Assembly (NCBI RefSeq): GCF_001194135.2
Contig: NC_068986.1
Location: forward strand, 2,584,631-2,643,093
Origin: Octopus bimaculoides
Taxonomy: Eukaryota
Length of the DNA stretch: 58,463 nucleotides
Reading direction: 5' to 3'
The notes below the pieces were generated by a model. That model searched no databases and had not been told where the DNA came from. It saw only the letters and a program-made list of their open reading frames with translations. The position numbers and the translations under genes are program-made. Below are positions 15,158 to 26,108 of the stretch, piece by piece (the first letter of the stretch is position 1; each line of letters starts with the position of its first letter).

Positions 15158-15735
15158 ATGTACAAACAGGGGGGAAAAAAGTAGAAAATACATGGAGTAA
15201 GAATTTGCTTATTCACTGGATATATTCAAAGCTGATAATCCACTAAGTCACTACTCAGAGATTCTTGTTATGGCTGATCTGAAGATAAATGGATCCTACA
15301 TTGCAAGAAACTGAGCAGTAACAGGTGTACGTTATCAGCTTTGAATATATGTCATAAAAACTTAATAATACCGGAACTATACAATGAACAACAGATAAAT
15401 GAAACAAAAACCAATATAAACAGAATTGCTAAATTGCAATGAAATTGTCTAAACATATATAAATAGTGAATAAGTTTTCTGAGTCAAAATTTAACCCTTT
15501 TGTTACAGTAATTCTATTGAAATATACTGCCTTTATTTCAATAATGAAGAATTATGTAAAATTACTTTATCGTTATTAAGCTAGCATTTGGAACACAAAC
15601 TAAAATGAAATTTGAACTATATGTTCAGAGCAGTCTCAGGTAGGTTGGTATCAAAAAGGTTAAATTAAATCAGAATAGACAAAATTGTGATAACTAAAAG
15701 GGAAATTGTTTTTCTCTCATTAGTTACAAAAATAA

Positions 15736-16893
15736 TCAACATACCGTTTTGTTAATTTTCTTTAAAGGGTTCCTAAGTTTTTTATTGATCTTCATTTTTT
15801 TTGGTGGAGAATTGTGATGGGGTGATTGAAGTTCCTGTGAAGTTGAATAATTGGCATTTGGACAGCAGCACTTCCTGTGCTTCTGACATGAGGAATGGTT
15901 ACACAAGGAGTTATTACTATCACTTGAGGGTTGTTCTGGTTTGGTGCAGAAACTGTTAGAGCTGACAACACTGCCATTGTTGTTGCGGTCTCCAAGCTGA
16001 TACTCAGAGTTCTCTCTGCACTGTTTATGGAGATCTTTCAGTTTTTTTTCAAGACAAGCAGCTATATATTGCTGTTGAAGAATTTTAATGTCCTCTTCAC
16101 TGCAGCTGGTAAGAGGTGAAGATGATGAAGAGAAGAAAGAGTTTCCAACTGAATCTAGGGAATTAGCCAAGCGTTGGCGTAAAGGTGAAGACGGTAGTGA
16201 AGCAGGAAGCCTGTCGTAAAAGGATTCATCACCATTAAGTGCCCCTAGCCACTGAGATGATAAAGAGGAGGAGAAAGAAGAGGAGCAGGATAGTTGTGGT
16301 TCACTAGAATGATGCTGAAACCAATCAGTTTCTTTGTTCACCATTTGAGTAAATGCTGATAATTGTTCAAAAAAGAGATCATTGTCATGATCGATAATTA
16401 TAGATGGTAGATTGGCTACCATTTCTGCAGAGGGCTCATCTAGTTCTGGTTTATCTTTAGAAAAGATTTTGCCAAACAGCATAGAATCTTGAATAAGGAT
16501 ATTTTCAAGTAACATTTTTGGATTGTAAAATTCTTTTCTTAGTCCCAACTTTTTTAAGCAATTTGACAAATATTTATTTGCCAATTCTGTTTTAACCTCT
16601 CTTTGATCAGTCTCAGAGGATAAAGTTTCAGTTGACGATTCAGTCGATGATTCTGTTTGAGCAGATGATGTGGTCCACTTGTAAGTTGAGCCAGGTACCT
16701 TTAAATGTGTTTTGCCAACGGAGGAGGAGTGTGCGTTGATAATATTTTTGTTGTTCCACCAGGTTTGAAAGAGTATCAGACGAGTGAGAACAGTGCCATA
16801 GCGGCTAATTAACAAAACTAAGGCAAGTGTTGTGTACACAAAAACAGCATGATTCCAAGATTCACAGACTAGCACCAGAACAGCAGTTAACAT
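15736..16893 (-). CDS. Uncharacterised 385-aa protein: two N-terminal hydrophobic segments, Ser-rich middle, short coiled-coil-like segment, Cys/His cluster, basic C-terminus
   Basis: Uninterrupted non-repetitive 1158-nt ORF in AT-rich DNA. An in-frame TGA lies 5 codons upstream of the ATG. A candidate acceptor (ttcctattgattag|g) gives an exon start at 16901. No family recognised. Confidence 0.8.
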   Translation of the reverse strand: MLTAVLVLVCESWNHAVFVYTTLALVLLISRYGTVLTRLILFQTWWNNKNIINAHSSSVGKTHLKVPGSTYKWTTSSAQTESSTESSTETLSSETDQREVKTELANKYLSNCLKKLGLRKEFYNPKMLLENILIQDSMLFGKIFSKDKPELDEPSAEMVANLPSIIIDHDNDLFFEQLSAFTQMVNKETDWFQHHSSEPQLSCSSSFSSSLSSQWLGALNGDESFYDRLPASLPSSPLRQRLANSLDSVGNSFFSSSSSPLTSCSEEDIKILQQQYIAACLEKKLKDLHKQCRENSEYQLGDRNNNGSVVSSNSFCTKPEQPSSDSNNSLCNHSSCQKHRKCCCPNANYSTSQELQSPHHNSPPKKMKINKKLRNPLKKINKTVC

Positions 16894-17449
16894 TATCCAA
16901 CCTAATCAATAGGAAGGTGGACGGAATGCAATTCAAATGACACGAAATTAGATGGTGACTACAACTACTAGACAAAACTAAAAAGCAACAAGGTGCCATA
17001 AAAATATAATTTTATACGGTGACAAATAAAAATGTACGTATAAATGGAGTGTCGGAGAAGGTCATCTAGACATTAATGTAACTAGTTTTGGGGTGCTTTG
17101 AAATTATGATCTACGATGACATTTCCTTGAATAAGGAATATAAATTAATATATTAAAGTACATAAATAATGGCAGTGGCAAATGTTAAAATGAATCCTAA
17201 CAGTGTGAATATATCAAAACGTTACGGAAAGATAAATTATTTTAAATTATAGTGTCAATGTAATGTGAAAGTTAAATTTTACATGATGGAGGAAATGAGA
17301 AAGCTGGTTGTCGAGCGACGTATAAAGAGTTATTGACCAAGAATTTTAAATGAGAGAGAGAGAGAGAGAGAGCTAAAGGTAATAAATGTCTATAAATAGA
17401 AATGCAAGAATAGAATGGATTTCTAAAGACAGTGGAACGAAAATGATGG

Positions 17450-19200
17450 AACGAAATAGCTTAGAATAGATATTGGTGTATGACCGGAATCCAAGGTAAC
17501 TGGCGATGGTCTATGTCGGCAGAAGTTAATATAACATTGAACCCCACCTGGAATTTTGAGTCCAAGGACACAGGGTGAACGGGTTCAAAGGAAGGAGAAT
17601 ATAAAAGACACGAATAATACTACTACAGTAGTAATTGGTTGTATCAATTCTACTATTACTACTAACGGTATTAGCAGCCAACCAAAACCAATCCTACTAG
17701 TAGAAGTGGCAATGAATGAATGAATGAAATAATTGTGTCTGCTACTACTAATATATTTCGGTAACGAAGATGTTGTTATAGACAAAGATGATGACGGTGT
17801 TGACGACAGATAGTGATAGAGTGGGTGGTAATGATGTTATTGGATAGCCGGCGGGGGATTGTCCACCACTTAATGGGAAATAAATGTTTTCTTATTTAAA
17901 CACAAATAACAACCAATAATCAATTAAAAAATATTAATATCAGAAAAGAGAGATATTCTGCTTGACTGATTATTAATACAAGATAAGGTCTTTTCGTGAA
18001 AGAGATCTTAAAATGATATAACAACACAGATGAGTGATGTCTGTAAATTGCTCTAGATGTGAGAAAGAAAAAATGTTAATATTCTTAAGAAATACGTTCG
18101 TGTATTATTTTCATCGATGGATCAAAACTAAACATTAAATTGTAGAGAACTCGCGAAACAAAACAGCAGCAACACACACGCACAAGAAGAAAAAATCCTA
18201 GTTGTTTTGACAATTTGTTAACAAAATAAAGTTAAAAAACAGAAAACGACAGGTAAATAATTCCGATGAAACAGTGAAGGAGAGGAAAATATTCAAATGA
18301 ATGAATTCCTCAAAAAAGTCTCTTTTAAAGCGTATGTCGAAGCTGATATGTTGTGTCTTCCTCCAAACTCGGCACAAATCCGATCAAAAAAATTATGACC
18401 AAAGCAAACAAAACTGAACGCTTTGTTGTTATTAAACTTCATATAATAATCACACAGTAAAGCGATCTTGTGTTTTTGTTGTTGTCTTGTTCTTAAAAGT
18501 ATTAATTTCTGAGATATGTTTAATTAAACGTATCAGGTCCAAAATTATACATAAATTATCAAAACAGAAAGTGTTTATAACAACAAGAATGTAAAAGAAA
18601 GTAGACAGATCGTGTCCAAAAATGGTTTAGAGATGAAGAAAATCGGTAATTCCTCTAAAGATATATATATTTATATTTATATAGTACATATATATCCAAA
18701 TTCCGGAGTAAAATTAAATGTTTCGTTTGTAATATTCTTTGTCTTTTTCTGTCCCGTTAGGATTGCTTAGAATGTATGAATGTTCAACTTGTTTTCTTTC
18801 TGTCTTCTTGGTATTAAGATAGAAATATATATATAATATATATACATGTATGTACAAATATACAAGTCACCGTTTGTAAATCAAGGAATCAGAAAACGCC
18901 CGGCGTGTCGAAAGCGACCGTGTGCCGAGTGAATACTGGTAAACGCAGTAGAGGAGAGAGACACTATAAGAAACAGAAAGAACGTGAATATGAGACAGAG
19001 AGAGAGAACAGTGAAAGAGAGACTAGTGATATGAGTGTATAAGACAAATAGTGAGAGAGCGATCACACCATATGGATGATACTATTTCATGGCAAAGGGG
19101 TGAAGAGCATACATGTATGTGGATCGATGAGCAAGTTAGCAACATCTCAGCTGACTACTACAAGTCGGACATACCCACGTACATACGCGCGCACACATAC
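17450..19200 (-). promoter_or_regulatory. CpG-enriched putative promoter/5'UTR region of the 385-aa gene
   Basis: CpG clusters at about 17460-17860, 18100-18500 and 18890-18950 in otherwise CpG-poor DNA. Candidate donor ccag|gtgggg with exon end at 17548. Confidence 0.45.
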
Positions 19201-19261
19201 ATACTTGTATACTTTATATCAATACACCACGTACACAAATTATTTTACGAGTTTCAGTTAT

Positions 19262-19680
19262 TAGACTGCTTGTTGGTTTCTATCAAACTGCCATTCTATT
19301 TCAAAACGGGGGCACCAGTTTTCATTTATGTCTTATGTAGTGTTTTTGGTACCGAAAGACTTTCAAATTTCGTATACTTATCTATTTTGTGTTATAGAAC
19401 AGAAAAAAATTTTTGTATTCGAATTTATTTCATGTAAAAAATTGTCTTATTTCGATAATTTCTACTAATCACTGACGTCTATTCAGTTGAAAACAGTTAG
19501 CGCTGTAACGGTGTATATCGTATTAATCCCCTAACCCTAACTAGACTGTTAACCCTAAAACTAACCCTAACTCTAGAATCCGAACTCTAAAATTGTTACA
19601 CACATAGATATGCACAACGTAATTTATTATATAAACAATATATACGTATAAATTACGATTAAACCGGATGAAATATGTCA
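19262..19680. mobile_element. Probable non-autonomous DNA-transposon/MITE fragment with internal TAACCC repeats, truncated by a gap
   Basis: Degenerate taaccctaa units at 19528-19572, CpG-rich interior, runs into N-gap 19681-20207. Confidence 0.4.
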
Positions 19681-20240
19681 NNNNNNNNNNNNNNNNNNNN
19701 NNNNNNNNNNNNNNNNNNNNNNNNNNNNNNNNNNNNNNNNNNNNNNNNNNNNNNNNNNNNNNNNNNNNNNNNNNNNNNNNNNNNNNNNNNNNNNNNNNNN
19801 NNNNNNNNNNNNNNNNNNNNNNNNNNNNNNNNNNNNNNNNNNNNNNNNNNNNNNNNNNNNNNNNNNNNNNNNNNNNNNNNNNNNNNNNNNNNNNNNNNNN
19901 NNNNNNNNNNNNNNNNNNNNNNNNNNNNNNNNNNNNNNNNNNNNNNNNNNNNNNNNNNNNNNNNNNNNNNNNNNNNNNNNNNNNNNNNNNNNNNNNNNNN
20001 NNNNNNNNNNNNNNNNNNNNNNNNNNNNNNNNNNNNNNNNNNNNNNNNNNNNNNNNNNNNNNNNNNNNNNNNNNNNNNNNNNNNNNNNNNNNNNNNNNNN
20101 NNNNNNNNNNNNNNNNNNNNNNNNNNNNNNNNNNNNNNNNNNNNNNNNNNNNNNNNNNNNNNNNNNNNNNNNNNNNNNNNNNNNNNNNNNNNNNNNNNNN
20201 NNNNNNNATATATATATATATATATAGTAAAGTAAACAAG

Positions 20241-20540
20241 GTACAAGGCTCAGTAGATAGAGCATCAGGCTTGCAATCATAAGGTAGTGAGTTCGATTCC
20301 CAGACCAGGGTATGTGTTGTGTTCTTGAGCAAGACACTTTATTTCACGTTGCTCCAGTTCACTCAGCTGTTGAAATGAGTTGCGACTCTTCACTGGTGCC
20401 AAGCTGTATCGGCCCCTTTGCCTTTCCCATGGATAACATCAGTGACATGGAGAGGGGGAGGCTAGTATGCATGGGCGACTGCTGGTTTTCCATAAACAAC
20501 CTTACCTGTCCTTGTGTCTCGGAGGGAAACTTTCATGACA
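20241..20540 (+). mobile_element. tRNA-headed SINE
   Basis: A-box-like ggctcagtagatag and B-box gagttcgattccc, followed by ttgtgttcttgagcaagacactt central domain. Confidence 0.8.
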
Positions 20541-21416
20541 GAAAAGGGTCTTTACCCTATATAATAGATATATATATTTTTTTACTCTTTTACTTGTTTC
20601 AGTCATTTGACTGCAGCCATGCTGGAACACCGCCTTTAGTTGAGCAAATCGACCCCGGGACTTATTCTTTGTAAGCCTAATACTTATTCTATCGGTCTCT
20701 TTAAGGCCTGAAATTTGGGTGAGGGGGATAGTCAATTTCATTGATCCTAGTGGATAACTGGTGCTTATTTCATCGACCCTGAAAAGATGAAAGGCAAAGT
20801 GGACTTTGGCAAGATTAGAACTCAGAACATAAAGAGTTGGAACAAACACTACAAACTATTGTTTCCAACACTCTAATGATTCTGAGATACAACCACTCAA
20901 TAATAACAGGCACATACACACACACATATTCACAGACACATAATGGGATTCTTTGATTCTCTGTCGTCTAAATCCACCCACAAGGCTTGGTTAGCCTGGA
21001 GCTATAGTAAAAGACATTTTCCCATTTGTCTGTGAATAGACTTTCTTAACCACACAGCCATGCATGTGTGTGTGTGTGGTCATCATTCAGCATCCATTTT
21101 CCATGGCATGGGTAAAACAGTTTGGCTGGAGCTGATAAGCTGGAGGGCTGCACCTGTCACCAGCCATATGTTTTGGCTTGGTTTCTACAGACGGATGCTC
21201 TTTCTAATGCCAACCATTATACAAGGCTTACTGGATGTCTTTTATGTGTTACCAACATGGATGTTCTTCTATGTGTCACCAGCACAGTTGCCCTTTACAT
21301 GTTACCAGCATGAGAGCCTTGCACATGTCACTGGCATGGGTGCCTTTTACGTGCCACATACATATGTGAATATATACATGTGTGTGTGTTTCTGTATATA
21401 TATAAATATATATATG

Positions 21417-21860
21417 TAGGAGTGGCTGTGTGGTAAGTAGCTTGCTTATGAACCACATGGTTCCAGGTTCAGTCCCACTGCATGGCACCTGGGGCAAGTG
21501 TCTTCTACTATAGCCTCGGGCTGACCAAAGCCTTGTGAGTGGATTTGATAGACGGAAACTGAAAGAAGCCCATCATATATATATATAAGTGTAGCAGTGT
21601 GTGTGTGTGTTAAGTCGGAAACTGAAAGAAGCCCATCGTATATATGTATATATATATGTGTGTGTGTGTGTATGTCCCCCAACATCGCTTGACAACCGAT
21701 GCTGCTGTGTTTATGTCCCCGTAACTTAGCGGTTTGGCAAAAGAGACAGATAGAATAAGTACTAGGCTTACAAAGAATAACTCCTGGGGTCGATTTGTTC
21801 GACTAAAGGCGGTGCTCCAGCATGGCTGCAGTCAAATGACTGAAACAAGTAAAAAAGTAA
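21417..21860 (+). mobile_element. tRNA-headed CORE-type SINE (many further copies, e.g. ~26435, 27610, 32330, 34383(-), 38115, 40241, 40613(-), 41910, 49990(-), 57430)
   Basis: ggctgtgtggtaag A-box and ggttcagtccc B-box, then CORE-like ggcaccttgggcaagtgtcttctactatag, then cggaaactgaaagaagccc and a microsatellite. Confidence 0.85.
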
Positions 21861-23003
21861 AAGAGTACATATATATATGTATGTATATATTTTGGAAGGG
21901 TTGTGTATATACGAGTGAATCTGTGTGTATACACACAAATACATATCACTATAGAAAAAAGTTTACATACACCTATACACACAGCTAGCTCATGGCTATC
22001 ACTCATGCATACTTAATAATATTGTTTCTTTTTGCACATAATCTTTTGAAGAATTTATTACACGTACATTAAAAAAATTCTTTAAAAAATCACCATGTCA
22101 TTATGTTAACTCAAGGCAAGCATGGGATGAATTTCACCTCCAAGCATCAGGGTTTCAATTTCAGGTGAAGCCTATTTCACTTCACCTACAATGGTAGTAC
22201 CTCCAAAAAAGATATAAATATCATATAACCCACTGAAGGGAACCTACATGATCTCTTCAAATGCTAGAAATAGCAACCAAATCTTTTTTCAAATATGTGG
22301 TCCTGGCTGCACTGTGCCACTGGAAAAACTGATATCATCACAGGCCTACTGGATCGGGAATGACCTGGGGCTAAACAACATGAACATCACGGGATCGTGT
22401 AAATGATATTACTTATTTAAGATTTCCAATCTAGATAACAACAATCTCGTGCTGGTTAACGGGCAAAGAATCATTAGTATTCTTCCAATTAGAAACCAGT
22501 CAGGATCCGGTATCTTAGACTGACTGTCTTGTCTAGCTCCCCTCCTCTTAACAATGGACTGATCTACATAGATTGTATTCAATGAGATAGGTAGATACTT
22601 AAGCCTTTGAATGATAGAGGAGTGGGAATTAGAGAGAGAGAGAGAGAGAGTAAAGTGAGTAGCAGTAAAATAGTGAGAGGATTTAATGTAGTCAAGAAAA
22701 GGGTGACTGGAGGCGATAGAAAATAGAGAGAATTAGATTTGAGATTATAGGAAGAGAGTGTGTGCAACAAGTGGATGGATTCCAGCAATAAGACAGTAAG
22801 AGGAGATGAAGAGGCAACAGAGTGAGATAGCATGAATAGCTAAGAAGAGAGTGAGTGAAAGAGGAGAGAGGGGAAAGGAAAAAGAGAGAGAGGGTGAAAA
22901 GAGCAAAAAAGATAAAGGGGAAGATTAAGAAATAGAAAGGAAAAGAAAAGGAGAAAGAATGAATAAAGGAGACTAATGGAGAGAAAGAACGAGATAGCTA
23001 ACT

Positions 23004-23175
23004 GGTACTCTGTTAGGGTTCCAGTTGATCTGATCAACAGAATAGCCTGCTCATGAAATTAATGTACAAGTGGCTGAGTACTCCACGGTTGTATGTACCC
23101 TTAATCTAGTTCTCAAGGAGATTCAGTATGATGCAAAATGTGACAAGGCTGGCCCTTTGAATTACAGATACAACT
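23004..23175 (-). mobile_element. 3' part of the SINE family also at 24236 and 49162
   Basis: Reverse complement matches 24450-24615. Confidence 0.8.
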
Positions 23176-23462
23176 CCCTTTTGCCAGCTGAATGGACCGG
23201 AGCATCATCAAAAAAAGTGTTTTCCTCAAGGTCTCAACATTATGTCTGGTATCAAAATCATAATTTCACAATTGTGAGCTTAGAAAAACCCCTAATTGCT
23301 AAGCCAAGCACTTTCACTATGAGAAAGGAACGAAGGAACGAGGTGGATGGAGAGAATAAAGAAGAGAGAGAGAGGAGGAAGAATGAAGTGGATAGCAAGA
23401 AGAAGAAGAAGCTGGGGAATGCTAGAGGGCCATTGTGGGCAAGATGCAGCTGCAGGACTTTC

Positions 23463-23514
23463 TGAATGGCACATTTAATGAATGGCACATTTAATGAATG
23501 GCACATTTAATGAA
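23463..23514. repeat. Tandem repeat, 3.25 x 16-bp TGAATGGCACATTTAA
   Basis: Three perfect units plus TGAA. Confidence 0.95.
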
Positions 23515-24235
23515 AAATCACCGTCCTGAACCAAGAAATACTTCAACTTTGAGGGGTAGGGTGAAATTGAAATAAAAAGTATTTTTTGCAAAATCGTAAA
23601 TTCTGATAGCACAAACATAGTAATCCCAAAGATTTTCTATGTATTTTGACCCATAAGAATTCTGGGTGGGGTGGGGTGGGGGTAAAATTGAAATTTTGAA
23701 ATGCTGATTTTTGCCAAGGTTATTAGATAGTGTCAAGATGGACAAAAAGAGGTACCCCAATAGAAAGTTTGAACATTTACTTGTTCAAATAGCTTAGCAA
23801 TATAGGTTTTCAATTCACACAAATACGTGACAAATTGTTTTGTGTAAATCCACACTGTATGAAGAATACATGTAGAAAATTTCATTAAAAAATATCTATT
23901 TTTCTGAAAGTTATGAGGAAACAAAGTGGAGGGGGCACACTTGTGTAGGAATGCCTATAAAGTATGTAGAGTTTGACAGATTTTTTTCAGAATCATAAAC
24001 TCCATATTTTTCCTTATATTTCGCCAAAAGAAATTTGTGAAAAATAAAGAAATTAGAGGCAAATTAAATTTTGAAAAGCAAATCTTTTTTTTTTTACTGA
24101 TTCAGAATATCTGTGTCCAAAAATGTGGGTTTCTGTAAAAAAAGAAAAAGGGGGGGGGGGGGAATGACAGTACATACAAATACAAAAATGGAATAAATAT
24201 ATATTGATGACATATATATTGATTATATTTACCCA

Positions 24236-24622
24236 GTGGAGGCGCAATGGCCCAGTGATTAGGGCAGCGGACTCGCAGTCTTAGGATCGCAGTTTCGATT
24301 CCCAGACCGGGCGTTGTGAGTGTTTATTGAGCAAAAACACCTAAAGCTCCATGAGACTCCGACAGGGGATGGTGGTGAACCCTGCTGTACTCTTTCACCA
24401 CAACTTTCTCTCACTCTTACTTCCTGTTTCTGTTGTGCCTGTAATTCAAAGGGCCAGACTTTTCACACACTGTGTCACGCTGAATATCCCCGAGAACTAC
24501 GTTAAGGGTACACGTGTCTGTGGAGTGCTCAGCCATTTGCACGTTAATTTCACGAGCAGGCTGTTCCGTTGATCGGATCAACTGGAACCCTCGACATCGT
24601 AAGCGATAGAGTACCAACAACA
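24236..24622 (+). mobile_element. Full-length tRNA-headed SINE with 11-bp TSD
   Basis: A-box tggcccagtga and B-box gtttcgattcc. TSD ATATTTACCCA at 24225-24235 and 24623-24633. Second copy at 49162. Confidence 0.9.
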
Positions 24623-25577
24623 ATATTTACCCATGAGAAAAAGGAGAAAATTAATTTGATCATCATTTATGAACATGGTTCACTGAGCATTACAAGACAA
24701 AGCAAACAGCAGAATGAACCCTCAAATACCAAAAAAAAAAATAAAAAACAAAAAACGAAAAAAGTTACATGTGCCTGTGTTGAATAATATAAAGTTCAAA
24801 TCTAATGCGTTACAAAGCAAATCATATGAAGTGGAACAAATTCAACAACTTAAAATAAGTGTTTACTCACACACAAAAAATAGTATATATACAAATGCAC
24901 ATAGTATATTATACATATTGATACATATATATACATATTTCGTTTCTGTTATTTGGCTTGCAAGATCCTTGATGTGAAACTTATGCGTTGAAATAGATTT
25001 TGTTGCAGATTGAGGGGAGGGGGTTACTATGCCAATAATAAACACATGCACTGGTTCAATTTCACTTCATTATTCATTAGTTGGTTGACTAGTTAGGCAA
25101 CTAACTAATCAATTGATTAATCACTTAGCTAATCCATTAGTCAGTTATGTCTGTCAAGATTTTTCGTTGCTGTTTGTGACTTCATCAATCACATGTCCTC
25201 TTTGTCTGTCTTTCAGTTTTAGGAATCACTATTTATGTAGTTATACGGACAGGAGTAGGAATAGTATATGAGAAGGGGAGGGAGAGAGAAAGAGAGCACA
25301 CGCGTGTGTGTGTGTTTGGGAGAGGGGGAATGTGCATTTATGAGTACATGCACTCTGGGGGTGGAGTATGTGTGTGTGCTATATGTATTGTCCAGCTGTG
25401 TTACTTGTTTACAGGAGAATACAGATCAAATTATAATTTAATGTCATTTTTATCTGATTCTACCTTTATTTCACAGGGTTTACACCAGGGAGACATATTA
25501 TTTATTATCCTAACTAAATAGTTACTTATCCTCATAGAACTTTCTGAAAAATATTTAAAGGAAATCAATTTTTTCAA

Positions 25578-26108
25578 ACATTGAGGGAACCCGTGGAAGA
25601 GGTAGGCCCAGGAAGACCTGGGCTGAGGTGGTGAGGCAAGACCTTCGTACATTGGGCCTCACCGAGGCGATGACTACTGACCGAGACCTTTGGAAATGTG
25701 CTGTGCGTGAGAAGACCCGGCAAGCCAAGTAAGATCGTTGCCAGTGCCCCTGGACTGGCTCTTGTGCGGGTGGCACATGAGATGCACCATTTTGAGCGTG
25801 GCCGTTGCCAGTACCGCCTGACTGGCTCCTGTAGGATTTTCGAGTGAGATCGTTGCCAGTGCTCCTGGACTGGCTTGTGCGGGTGGCACATAAAAGACAC
25901 CATTTCGAGCGTGGCCGTTTTCGTGCGGGTGACACGTAAAAGCACCCACTACACTCTCTGAGTGGTTGGCGTTAGGAAGGGCATCCAGCTGTAGAAACTC
26001 TGCCAAATTAGATTGGAGCTTGGTGTTGCCATCCGGTTTCACCAGTCCTCAGTCAAATCGTCCAACTCATGCTAGCATGGAAAGCGGACGTTAAACGATG
26101 ATGATGAT
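25578..26108 (+). mobile_element. 5'-truncated young RTE LINE (ORF2 C-terminus, 3'UTR, (GAT)n tail)
   Basis: Intact frame IEGTRGRGRPRKTWAEVVRQDLRTLGLTEAMTTDRDLWKCAVREKTRQAK* is typical of RTE C-termini. The 3' end is near-identical to other copies. Confidence 0.9.

Noticed and set aside
14730-15246. ORFs of CV/YI/TH dipeptides and X-runs (also 19541-20337, 36475-37262, 42930-43947)
   Set aside because: Produced by microsatellites and N gaps; not genes.
19051-19437. 128-aa plus ORF
   Set aside because: Starts at a non-ATG codon and runs through a microsatellite-like stretch and into the MITE-like element.
19528-19572. True telomere or chromosome fusion site
   Set aside because: Only a few interrupted TAACCC units within TE-like sequence.
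23463-23514. CRISPR-like direct repeats
   Set aside because: No spacers, 16-bp head-to-tail units, eukaryotic context.
24236-24315. Possible tRNA gene (also 20241, 21417, 49162)
   Set aside because: A/B boxes are present but there is no complete cloverleaf, and each continues into a SINE body, two with TSDs.
25555-26042. ORFs MSPARKRPRSKW..., MLLRVTR..., MKPDGN...
   Set aside because: Antisense readings of the RTE 3'UTR, repeated at every copy.
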